Shown here: piece by piece, positions 29,544-38,394 of the stretch | Layout: each line of letters opens with the position of its first letter | Position numbering within the stretch: position 1 is the first letter of the stretch | Source of the DNA: Terriglobia bacterium | GTDB taxonomy: Bacteria; Acidobacteriota; Terriglobia; 2-12-FULL-54-10 | NCBI GenBank assembly: GCA_965198025.1 | Contig: OZ240237.1 | Location: 1,400,577 to 1,464,576, forward strand | Direction: 5' to 3' | Length of the DNA stretch: 64,000 nucleotides | Position numbers and translations under genes: made by a program | The notes under the pieces: model-generated | What the model saw: the letters and a program-made list of their open reading frames with translations, nothing else | What the model was told of the DNA's origin: nothing | The model's database searches: none

Positions 29544-29928
29544 ATAGACTGTTTCTGTACTATCATAAAGTCTTGCGTCCATTGGGTTAGACAAGCGCTG
29601 ATCGGGGCTTGGTTTCAGCCAACGGGAATCGCAAGCCCTCTCTGGCGGGGAGATTGGCCGTAATAGCAACACAACAGTACGCTTCCAATCCATAGCTGGC
29701 TTGCCGGGTTCGGCGCGGCGGCGCAGGAACGTTTCTGAAGAGCTTTTTTCATGTCATTGGGTCCGGAAACCGGAGGTGTGGTAGGGGCAGAGGTCCTTCC
29801 TATCTCCCGTTTCCACCAATTTTCCCGGCAACGTTTTTCTCGTGCTGCAATCGCGTCCCCGTCCGGGCCTGCCCCGCTGGTTTCAGGCTTGGTTCGCACC
29901 CCGCGCGGAATGACGAACAGGATACCTC

Positions 29929-30690
29929 ATGGCCATCTATGCGTATTGTCTGGTTCGACTGACTCCCAATGAATCCTGGCCCATTCTGGAGGGAATCGGT
30001 GGACGCCCGGTCTTCCCCTACCGATGCGGGAAGTACGCTATGCTGCTGAGCCGCTTCCGCCGCAATGTCTCCTTCACGCCCCGCTCGATCGTCGAGCACG
30101 GCCAGGTGATCGCTCGCGTATTTGCGACCCATACCGTGCTCCCCATGCGCTTCGGCACGTTTTTCCAATCCGAAAGGCAGGTCGAGCAGATGATTCGGGA
30201 AAACCAGCGCGGCCTCCTCGAAACCTTCTGCCGTCTGCGCGGCAAGGCGGAAATGCGTCTCAAGCTCTCTTTCTCTTCGGTCGCCGGCGATGTCTCCCGT
30301 CCCAAGATGCGGCCCCAGAAGACGCGCTCCACACGGGGCCTCAGTTCTTCCAGCGCGGAATCCACCGCTGATCCCCGTGCCCAGGAAATGGCCGAGCAGC
30401 TTGCTTCCTGGCTGCGTGAGATGTTCCGTCCGCTCGATGACCAGGTCACCTGCCGGCAGCTTCAAAGCCGTGAGATCGTCGTAGACTGCGCCCATCTCAT
30501 CGAATCCGAGAGTGTGGAATCCTACAAGGAAATCTGCGGCGTCGCCTCCGAGCAGGTCAAGGATTGCGCCATCCGCATGAGCGGTCCCTGGCCTCCCTAC
30601 CACTTCCTGCCGGCGTCGGTTCGCATTCCGGCCGTCTCGCTCCGCTCCATGAAGGGGATGCGGACGCGCTCGGCAGCTGCCACGCGCTAA
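29929..30690 (+). CDS. GvpL/GvpF family protein
   Basis: YAYCL, H..VI..V..TVLPMRFGT, GKAEM, SGPWPPYHF. Confidence 0.88.
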   Translation: MAIYAYCLVRLTPNESWPILEGIGGRPVFPYRCGKYAMLLSRFRRNVSFTPRSIVEHGQVIARVFATHTVLPMRFGTFFQSERQVEQMIRENQRGLLETFCRLRGKAEMRLKLSFSSVAGDVSRPKMRPQKTRSTRGLSSSSAESTADPRAQEMAEQLASWLREMFRPLDDQVTCRQLQSREIVVDCAHLIESESVESYKEICGVASEQVKDCAIRMSGPWPPYHFLPASVRIPAVSLRSMKGMRTRSAAATR

Positions 30691-30704
30691 GTAAGGGCAG
30701 GCAA

Positions 30705-30730
30705 GTAGCGACAGGCATTCCTGCCTGTCG
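30705..30730. repeat. GTAG-type REP hairpin
   Basis: GTAG-CGACAGGCA-TTCC-TGCCTGTCG; degenerate copy near 30891-30915. Confidence 0.6.
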
Positions 30731-30791
30731 TAAGTAGCGGCAGCCATCGCTTTGCATCCCAGCAGAAAGTAAAGCAGCCCCAACCTGCGGT

Positions 30792-30878
30792 GTCATCCCG
30801 AGGAGCGTTGTTTCGCGAGCGGATGCGAGCGTCCTGTCCCGAGCGAAGCCGAGGGAAGCGACGAGGGATCTGCTCTTC
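30792..30878. repeat. REP-like composite element
   Basis: GTCATCCCGAGGAGC...GCGACGAGGGATCTGCTCTTC between convergent genes. Confidence 0.55.
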
Positions 30879-30935
30879 GCCTGTCCTGAAGCAGCACCCG
30901 ACATTCTTGCCTGCCTTCGGCTGCCCAGAAACAAA

Positions 30936-31625
30936 TCACCCGAACAGTACCTCGGAAAACTCGTAGAAGCCCTTCTTGCCGCGCACCCATTCCGCGGCAT
31001 GGAGTGCGCCTGCAGCGAAGCCTTGTCGGCTCCTTGCGGTATGCGTGAAGGTGAGTGTGTCGGCCTCGGAATCGAAGCCCACGGTGTGTATGCCCGGAAT
31101 AGCTCCGGCGCGGTTGCTCGTGGTCGAAATATCTTTCTTGTCGTATGCCTGTTCCAGTATCTGCTTGAGCTTGAGCGCCGTCCCCGAAGGCGCGTCCACC
31201 TTGGCCCGGTGGTGAATCTCGTGAATCCAGGGATCGTACGCCGGCAGGTCCCGAAAGCTTGCCGCCGCCCCTTCCACCAGCCGGTAGAACACGTTCACCC
31301 CGATCGAAAAGTTCGAGCTATGGACCAGACCGGTTCCGCGCTCTTCCACCAACTTCCGGACCCGCTCTATCTCGTTCATCCATCCCGTGGTCCCCACCAC
31401 CAGGTTGATTCCGAGGGCAGAGAGCCGGTCCACGTTCCGTACCACCACGCCGGGAACCGTAAACTCGATGGCCACCTCCGCGTCCCGCAGGTTCTCCCGC
31501 GTCAGGGCCTGCCCGTCCTCGTTTCCTTCGATGTCGGTGCGGAAGACCACGCGATGCCCTCGGGCCGCGGCCAGCTGCTCGATCATCCGACCCATCTTGC
31601 CGTAGCCGATCAATGCCAGATTCAT
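30936..31625 (-). CDS. dapB: 4-hydroxy-tetrahydrodipicolinate reductase
   Basis: GYGKMG, VGTTGW, NFSIGV, EIHHRAKVDAPSGTA, FAAGA. Confidence 0.94.
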   Translation of the reverse strand: MNLALIGYGKMGRMIEQLAAARGHRVVFRTDIEGNEDGQALTRENLRDAEVAIEFTVPGVVVRNVDRLSALGINLVVGTTGWMNEIERVRKLVEERGTGLVHSSNFSIGVNVFYRLVEGAAASFRDLPAYDPWIHEIHHRAKVDAPSGTALKLKQILEQAYDKKDISTTSNRAGAIPGIHTVGFDSEADTLTFTHTARSRQGFAAGALHAAEWVRGKKGFYEFSEVLFG

Positions 31626-31764
31626 GGCCGGATTCGTGGCCCGATTCGTGAGAAGTTAGCGCCGGAGGCGAGCCCGATGAGCATAAGATTCTGGCGCAGG
31701 GCACAAGCCCTGGCGCCAATCCTGAGTGCCTGCTCCGCGACCCGCCGCGCTCGTTTCATTTCGT

Positions 31765-32001
31765 TTACTTGACCCGTCCGGTGATGGCTTCCCGCAAGCC
31801 TTCCAGCAAACCTTCCAGCTTGGCCTGGCTGTGTTCGAGCCGCCCGACCCGAGCGTCCAACTGCTGGATATCGTCCCGTAGCCGCTTCTCCAGTTGGGTC
31901 ATGTCCTGCCGCATATCCTGCCGCAACCCACGGCTACTAGTGAGGATTAGCCCCGCGAGCGCAATCCCCACCGTCACAATGGCTATGATTTCTCCGCTCA
32001 T
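31765..32001 (-). CDS. Small single-TM coiled-coil hypothetical protein (78 aa)
   Basis: RBS GAGGAA before ATG 32001; MSGEIIAIVTVGIALAGLIL then heptads ending AKLEGLLEGLREAITGRVK. Confidence 0.75.
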   Translation of the reverse strand: MSGEIIAIVTVGIALAGLILTSSRGLRQDMRQDMTQLEKRLRDDIQQLDARVGRLEHSQAKLEGLLEGLREAITGRVK

Positions 32002-32036
32002 GCTTCCTCGAACAATACGGGGTTCATTCTCTCGCG

Positions 32037-33095
32037 CTATTTCCGCGCGGCCGTCTGCGCAGCCGGTTTCGGCTCGTTTGCCGCCATCAGCTCTGCGATC
32101 TGGACGGCGTTCAATGCCGCTCCCTTCAGCAGTTGGTCCCCGCACACGAACATCGCGACCGACCGGCCACTCGGGTCGCTCAAGTCCTTGCGGATTCGCC
32201 CGACCAGGATCTCGTCCTGGCCCGAGGCGTCGCGCGGCATCGGGAAGTAGCCTTCCTCGACCCGGTCTACAATTCGGATTCCCGGCGCCCCTTCGAGCAG
32301 CCGCCGCACCTCGTCCGGCGTGATCGGGCGTTCACACTCGAACACCAGTGCTTCCGAATGCGCCCGCAGCACCGGCACGCGCACGCATGTCGCGCTGATT
32401 CGCATCGTCGGGTCGCCGAAAATCTTCCACGTCTCCTGGACCATCTTCATTTCTTCTTCGTTGTAGCCGTTCTCGGCGTCGATCGCGGAGTTGTGGTTGA
32501 ACAGGTTGAAGGCGTACGGATGCGGCAGCACCCTCGGCTGGTATTCCTGTTGGCGCAGGTACGAGTGCGTCGAATCGATCAACTCCTGCATCGCCGCCGC
32601 GCCCGCCCCCGACGCTGCCTGATAGGTCGCCGCGATCAGCCGCCGGATCGGGTTCACCCGGTGGATGGGCCACAGCGGCGTAATCGCGATGATGGTCGAG
32701 CAATTCGGATTGGCAATGATGCCCGGGTTCTCCAGGGCCGCTTCGGGGTTGATCTCTGGAATCACCAGCGGCACCGTCGGGTCCATGCGGAACGCCGACG
32801 AGTTGTCGATCACCAGTGCGCCCTGCCGGACCGCCTTGGGAACGAACTCCCGCGAAATCTTCCCGCCCGCGCTGAACAGCGCGATGTCCACTCCCTGGAA
32901 GCATTCTTCGGCCAGTTCCTCCACAACCACCGGCTTGCCGCGAAACTCGAGCTCTCTGCCCTTCGACCGTTCGGAGGCGAGCAGCCGCACTTCCTTCAGC
33001 GGGAAGTTGCGCCGCTCCAGACACCGCAGCAGTTCGACGCCAACCGCCCCCGTTGCCCCCGCGATTGCCACTGTCAAATGGTTTTCGTCACTCAT
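32037..33095 (-). CDS. asd: Aspartate-semialdehyde dehydrogenase
   Basis: GATGAVG, DNSSAFRM, IANPNCST, TCVRVPVLRAH, LKGAALNAVQIAE. Confidence 0.96.
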   Translation of the reverse strand: MSDENHLTVAIAGATGAVGVELLRCLERRNFPLKEVRLLASERSKGRELEFRGKPVVVEELAEECFQGVDIALFSAGGKISREFVPKAVRQGALVIDNSSAFRMDPTVPLVIPEINPEAALENPGIIANPNCSTIIAITPLWPIHRVNPIRRLIAATYQAASGAGAAAMQELIDSTHSYLRQQEYQPRVLPHPYAFNLFNHNSAIDAENGYNEEEMKMVQETWKIFGDPTMRISATCVRVPVLRAHSEALVFECERPITPDEVRRLLEGAPGIRIVDRVEEGYFPMPRDASGQDEILVGRIRKDLSDPSGRSVAMFVCGDQLLKGAALNAVQIAELMAANEPKPAAQTAARK

Positions 33096-33101
33096 CACTG
33101 G

Positions 33102-34094
33102 TCACTGCTCTTTCAGCTTTTTCACCATCTTGACATAAATCTCCGTCGCCTGCACGAGCTCCTTCTTGGCAACGCGCTCCTGCTCGGTGTGCGCCACGCG
33201 GATCGTGCCCGGCCCCAGCAGGTACGGCTCGCCCCAGTTCGTCAGTGATGGGATGTCGGTGCAGAACGACACCACGGTGGTTTCGAAGCCGTCCATTCGG
33301 CCCAGTCGAACGGCCGGAATCTGCAGCACACGCTGGACCTCCACCAGATCGCCCACCTTCTGCTCCACGGCCTGCTGCAACGGCTCGGGAGAACTGACCG
33401 TCCGGAACATCACCTCCGCCTGCGCCGAGCCGGGAATCACGTTCGGCGCCACCCCTCCCGAGAGCAGCCCGATATTGTACGTCGTCTTCCCGAGCACGTC
33501 GTCTTCGGGCAGCTGCATGTCCCGCAGACGGTAGCACGCCTCAATCAGCTTCTCCGTCGCCGACTCGCCCAGCTCCGGGTAGGCCGAGTGCGCCATGCGG
33601 CCCTGGGCGTTGAACTGCAGCCGCAGCACCCCCTTCGTCCCCACCGCCAGCAGGTTCTCCGTCGGCTCGCCGTTGATCAGGTACCGCGACCCGGGCTTCC
33701 GCTGGTTCGCTTTGATGGCGCCTGCGTTGTTCCGTTCTTCTCCCACCAGCAGTAGCACGCCGAAATCGTGGGCTCCCTCTGCCGCCAGCCGCCGGGCCGC
33801 CTCGATCTGTGCCGCTGCAATTCCCTTGGCGTCGCACGCCCCCCGCCCGTGAATGAACTCATCGTCTTCGTGGGAAGGGAAGTACGGCGGCACCGTGTCG
33901 ATGTGCGTGCTGATCACCACGTCGGGCTTGCCCCAGCACGCGAGCACGTTTGGCCGGTTGGGCTCCGCCTCTTCGAGCTCCACCTGCGCTCCCAGCTTCC
34001 GCAGATAGTCCTCTAGAAACAGCGCCACGTTCTTCTCATTGCCGCTGATAGACTCAATGTCCACAAGCTGCCGCGTTAGTGCAAACAGTTCCAT
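33102..34094 (-). CDS. M20 family metallohydrolase (ArgE/DapE-like)
   Basis: THIDTVPP, GRGACDAKG, GEE, GEPT, GRMAHS, AHT; in operon with asd-dapB. Confidence 0.9.
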   Translation of the reverse strand: MELFALTRQLVDIESISGNEKNVALFLEDYLRKLGAQVELEEAEPNRPNVLACWGKPDVVISTHIDTVPPYFPSHEDDEFIHGRGACDAKGIAAAQIEAARRLAAEGAHDFGVLLLVGEERNNAGAIKANQRKPGSRYLINGEPTENLLAVGTKGVLRLQFNAQGRMAHSAYPELGESATEKLIEACYRLRDMQLPEDDVLGKTTYNIGLLSGGVAPNVIPGSAQAEVMFRTVSSPEPLQQAVEQKVGDLVEVQRVLQIPAVRLGRMDGFETTVVSFCTDIPSLTNWGEPYLLGPGTIRVAHTEQERVAKKELVQATEIYVKMVKKLKEQ

Positions 34095-34227
34095 AAAAGC
34101 CGAATTGTAACATTTAACCCCGGATTTCCTTTTTGAAAACGCAGCGGCAACCTTCAGCTAACCTCCAACGTCAATATTGATACTGGTTTCAGCATCAATC
34201 GGAGCGTTCGGAGGCGTAAACCCAATG

Positions 34228-34728
34228 GTGAAGATGACACGGCTCAGTTGCCACAAGTTCCGATCTAACGAGGTACGGCTTTGGCTGACGATCATCGCCT
34301 ACAACCTGGGCAACCTATGGCGGCGACTGGTGCTGCCACAGAGAATCGGGAAGTGGTCGTTGACGAGCCTCCAGCAGCGGCTGGTGAAAACCGGAGGACG
34401 GCTCGTAAAACACGCACGGTACTACTGGCTCCTGCTGGCCGAGGGCCATCTGACCCGACGGCTGTTTGCCAGCATGCTGGGGCGGATCGATGGATTGGCG
34501 CTCCCGTCGGGATAGCCTGGGCTACGGCACACAAGAAAACGATGCCGCTATCCCCCAGGTATGGAGAGTTGTCTGAAAAAGCTGGGTTTGGATGCTGATT
34601 GGACGGTTTTAGGGGACCCCGAAAGGGACGCTCGGAGCCGTTGGTCCTCTCGGAGAAAACATTGTACTCGGTGGGACGCAGATGGGTGTATATTTTCAAT
34701 CGCCGGAAGGCCAAAAAGGAAATTTCGG
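34228..34728 (+). mobile_element. IS1380-family remnant (transposase C-terminus plus probable right end)
   Basis: KMTRLSCHKFRSNEVRLWL..AYNLGNLWRRL..WSLTSLQQRLVKTGGRLVKHARYY; 5' part absent. Confidence 0.8.
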
Positions 34729-34838
34729 TATAATTCCCATTGGGTTTTCGACCCCCCGGCAGTTGCGGGCATACACCCGTTGGCCTTCAACTGAGCCCTC
34801 CGCGCACTTCCAGACGGGCGTCCATCTCGTCGGCCCGG

Positions 34839-34914
34839 GCCTGGAGCTTGCCAATGGACCGCTTATCTCAAGAATTTGAATGCAGTTCGTAAGGGCACGG
34901 TTTCAACCGTGCCG
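34839..34914 (+). repeat. 76-bp exact direct repeat, copy 1
   Basis: GCCTGGAGCTTGCCAATGG...GTAAGGGCACGGTTTCAACCGTGCCG identical to 36001-36076; ends in a REP hairpin. Confidence 0.95.
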
Positions 34915-35078
34915 TAAATCCTGGTTTTCCGATGACGCTCTCGGGTTCGGTTGGACTCCACTGGGTGTATATTTCACCCGCCGGAACGCCCAAAAATTAA
35001 TTTCGGACGAAATGTCATGGGAGGATCGAGCAATCGGACGAAACGATCGAAAAGAAAAACAATGCCGATGAAAAGAAA

Positions 35079-35777
35079 ATGGAAGAAGTAGAGAGTTGTG
35101 CCCCTCCAGACCCTTCAATGATTTCTCCAGAGATGCGAAAGGTCTACCTCTACGTGAGCAATACGCTCTTTGAACAAGGCAGGAGATCATCTCCTGGGGA
35201 GGTTGCGCAAAACACCGGCCTTCCCGTAGCGGCAGTCGAGGAAATACTGGATGCATTTGAAAGCGTATATGGCATTTATAGAGATCCTTTCTTCAAGAAT
35301 GTTATCGCTTTCTATCCGGTGGCAGGGATACCTACGATACACAAGCTGATCAGGCCGGATGGAGGACGTATTTCCTATTCTCCTTGCGCGATGGATGCCC
35401 TGACACTTCCGCCCACTTTTGGCAAGGACATCAGAGTGAAATCATGCTGCAGGTATTGTGACCGGGAAATCTCCATAGGCTACGGGGGAAATGGAACCCA
35501 AATCGTGGATCGTTCTCCGGATGACATATGCATTTGGCTCGAAAACAGATTGCCGGTTAATGCGCCCTACTATCTCATCGTATGCGTCAACACCAATTTC
35601 TTTTGCTGCAAGAACCATTTGGACAAGTGGCTGGAAGAAGAAACCATGGAGAGAAGCGGCAAAGCCTACACTCTGGATGAAGCGTTTGCAGCAACGGAAT
35701 CCTGGTGCACCTACAAAATGTATAAATTGGTTACTGAGGGACGGCCTTGGGGAGACAAGGCCCTCGACGAGGTTTGA
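35079..35777 (+). CDS. Alkylmercury lyase (MerB)-like protein
   Basis: N-terminal HTH-like part, FYPV..IPTIH, PCAMDAL (Cys96/Asp99-like), SCCRYC, VCVNTNFF (Cys159-like), H...W. Confidence 0.78.
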   Translation: MEEVESCAPPDPSMISPEMRKVYLYVSNTLFEQGRRSSPGEVAQNTGLPVAAVEEILDAFESVYGIYRDPFFKNVIAFYPVAGIPTIHKLIRPDGGRISYSPCAMDALTLPPTFGKDIRVKSCCRYCDREISIGYGGNGTQIVDRSPDDICIWLENRLPVNAPYYLIVCVNTNFFCCKNHLDKWLEEETMERSGKAYTLDEAFAATESWCTYKMYKLVTEGRPWGDKALDEV

Positions 35778-36000
35778 ATTTGCAGAAACTTGGATAATGG
35801 CGGCTCGCTCGCCCTCAACGGTAACAACTGGCTGATGCAGTGCTGCCTCTATGACGTTCTCTGACATAACCTGTGTCGATTTCGGCGGGAAGAGAAACCC
35901 ATCAATGATGTAAGGGGCGGAGCAGTGTCTGGGAAATCGCATGAAAATGAGGCAATTTCTGGCTTAATTATAAGCGCTGATTCCCTTCCCGGAGGGTTGT

Positions 36001-36076
36001 GCCTGGAGCTTGCCAATGGACCGCTTATCTCAAGAATTTGAATGCAGTTCGTAAGGGCACGGTTTCAACCGTGCCG
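36001..36076 (+). repeat. 76-bp exact direct repeat, copy 2
   Basis: Identical to 34839-34914. Confidence 0.95.
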
Positions 36077-36127
36077 AAACGCGGTTGTAAGAATCATCTT
36101 CCGCTTTAACAAATCAGGCACGACTTC

Positions 36128-36163
36128 GGGTGCCCCACACATGTCCCGATTAAACGTGTGGGA
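36128..36163. repeat. REP-like hairpin (GGGTGCCCCACACATG...GTGTGGGA)
   Basis: Related copy at 38344-38379. Confidence 0.5.
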
Positions 36164-36203
36164 CAAGAAGCAAAAACCTATACTCTGGTCCCTGCCGCAG
36201 AAT

Positions 36204-37487
36204 TGACCTTCCCCCCCTAAAACGGTCCAGGTCGAGAGTGAGTTTTCGGGTAAAAAGACTAAGGAGAACTCACCAGGAAGCGGAAGCGATTCAGCGAAGA
36301 ACAGATCATTGGGATTCTGAGGGAATCGGAGGCGGGAGCCAAGAACCAGGACATCTGCCGGAAACATGGGATCACGCAGCAGACGTTCTACCGGTGGCGG
36401 TCGAAGTAGGGCGGGATGCAGGTGTCGGAGGCGAAGAAGCTGAAGGAACTCGAGACGGAGAACCGGAAGCTGAAGCAGTTGCTGGCCGAAGCGCACCTGG
36501 ATAACGCCGCGCTGAAGGAGCTGCTGTCAAAAAACTGGTAGGGCCCGTTGCACGCCGCCGAACTGTCGCCCATCTGGTCGAACTGGGAAAGTTGAGCCAG
36601 CGACGGGCCTGCCGACTCATCGGAGTTCACCGATCGGTGGCTCGTCACCAACTGTCGTGGAAGTGATACAGCGCTTCGGGAGAGGCTCAAAGCGTTAGCA
36701 ACGGAGTTCCCACGGTATGGATACCAGATGCTGCACGGAATGTTGCAGACGGAGGGACGGGTCGTGAACGAGAAGAAAACGTATCGAATCTACCGGGAGG
36801 AGAGGCTCTAGGTCCGGTGCAAGCGGCGGAAACGCCTGCCGGCACGCGACCGGGTTCCCAGGCCGATTCCAGGCGGACCGAATCAGCGGTGGTCGATGGA
36901 CTGCATGTCGGATCAGCTAGCGACGGGGCGGCGCTTCCGCATTCTGAACGTCGTAGACGACTACAGCTGGGAATGCGTCGGCCAACTGGTGGATTTCTCG
37001 ATCTCCGGCGAACGGGTCAGTCGGCTGCTGGATCAACTCGCTCTCCAGCGGGGTCGTCCAGAAGCCATCGTCACCGATAACGGGCCGGAGTTTACCAGCA
37101 AGGCGATGTTCCTCTGGTCCCAGCGAACCGGCGTGCAGTTGCGATTCATCCAGCCTGGGAAGCCGATTCAGAACGCGCTGGTGGAGAGCTTCAACGGCAA
37201 GTTCCGCGCTGCGTGCCTGAACGAACACTGGTTCGTCGATCTCGCTGATGCCTGGCGCAGCATCGAGGCCTGGCGGATCCACTACAACACGGTCCGTCCC
37301 CACAGTTCGCTAGACTTTCTCAGTCCGGAGCAGTTCCGTTTGGCGGGCGAGAGGGGCTGTGGGAAAGCCGGTCGCTCCGCGACCTGGGAAAACTCTTCGA
37401 GTTTTCCACTTTCCCACAGGCACGACGGCGGGGATAATTCGAGCAATTCCTTACTCTCGACCTGGACCTAAATTCGGGGGAAGGTCA
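36204..37487 (+). mobile_element. IS3-family insertion sequence, inactivated
   Basis: Terminal IRs TGACCTTCCCCC..GGTCCAGGTCGAGAGT; orfA KRFSEEQIIGIL..SKNW* with lost start and internal TAG; A6C slip site; orfB DDE (WSMD, TDNGPEF, QPGKPIQNALVESFN) with internal stop near 36809. Confidence 0.92.
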
Positions 37488-37590
37488 ATGGCGCTCCGCC
37501 ACCCGCTCCAACTGCTCGGAAAAACTCGGGAGCGAAGTACCGCACTGTCCCATTACTGAGGATCGCGCAATAGAGCACAGCAAGGCGACC

Positions 37591-37652
37591 GTAAGGGCAC
37601 GGCTTCAGCCGTGCCGTACGAGCTGGAAAAACAAGGGCTTCAGCCCCTGAGG
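37591..37652. repeat. REP pair
   Basis: GTAAGGGCACGGCTTCAGCCGTGCCG followed by AGGGCTTCAGCCCCTGAGG; same hairpin family as the end of the 76-bp repeat. Confidence 0.7.
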
Positions 37653-37768
37653 TTTGTAGTTCTCGGCCGTTCGCAGAACGCGTTATAAACGTGATGCTCA
37701 ATAATAGGACGTCGTGCAGCATCAGCGATGCCGCCTTGCCACAATGAGGTGTCGTGTTCCTCCCCGAA

Positions 37769-38036
37769 TCATGAATAAACGTCGTAGGTGCCTATATCCA
37801 GGAACAGGACAGTTTCTGCGTCGAGGAAAATGAATTTGATCCTGTGCGAGTAGTTGATCCACAACGCATAGGCATCTTTTTCTTTGCCGTGTAGCTTGTG
37901 CGTTCTGAGTGTGGGATCAAAAGGATTTTTTCGGAAAGCGGCTTCCTTTTCTTTCGGCTTCTTCTTTCACGCGTTTCGGGAGTTTCCGATAGTGCTTCTC
38001 AAACAGATTCGTAACCTGGATGGTCTTGATGCGCAT
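37769..38036 (-). pseudogene. RelE/YafQ-superfamily toxin, frameshifted
   Basis: MRIKTIQVTNLFEKHYRKLPKRVKEEAER then one extra base; other frame continues KEAAFRKNPFDPTLRTHKLHGKEKDAYALWINYSHRIKFIFLDAETVLFLDIGTYDVYS*. Confidence 0.8.
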
Positions 38037-38053
38037 TCAGGGAAACGGCTTCG

Positions 38054-38296
38054 CTAACTGCGGGCGTCCACGTCCGTCAGCGACCGAATCGCTCGTGTCT
38101 TCCCTTTTCGGTACTCCTGTAGTCCGCTTTCTACAAGCCGGTCGAGTTTCGTTGCAGCATTCCCTTTCAAGTAGAAGGTAGGCACAACCCTTGCGAGGAG
38201 TTTCTCATACTCTCTCACGGATAGAACCACGATGCCGCCGCGCCGCTCGACTAACTCCGCCGAGATTTCGATCCCTTTTTTGATGCCACGAGCCAT
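38054..38296 (-). CDS. Probable antitoxin (80 aa)
   Basis: Intact small ORF 17 bp upstream of the RelE-like toxin; VVLSVREYEKLL..GLQEYRKGKT. Confidence 0.65.
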   Translation of the reverse strand: MARGIKKGIEISAELVERRGGIVVLSVREYEKLLARVVPTFYLKGNAATKLDRLVESGLQEYRKGKTRAIRSLTDVDARS

Positions 38297-38343
38297 TGTT
38301 CAAACTCTATGTGAATCGATGGATAGAGTCAACCCAGCTTGGC

Positions 38344-38379
38344 GGGCGTCCCACATGTGCGCTGTTTACATGTGTGGGA
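38344..38379. repeat. REP-like hairpin / possible aroA terminator
   Basis: TCCCACATGTG..CATGTGTGGGA. Confidence 0.45.
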
Positions 38380-38394
38380 TTCTTGAACAATCTC

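Noticed and set aside
36204-37487. Active IS3 transposase or clear target-site duplication
   Set aside because: orfA start is lost, both ORFs have internal stops, and the flanks (AAT / ATG) do not form a 3-4 bp duplication.
34839-37652. CRISPR array or integron attC array
   Set aside because: Only two long repeats over 1 kb apart, no regular spacers, no cas or intI gene, and no attC core sites recognised.
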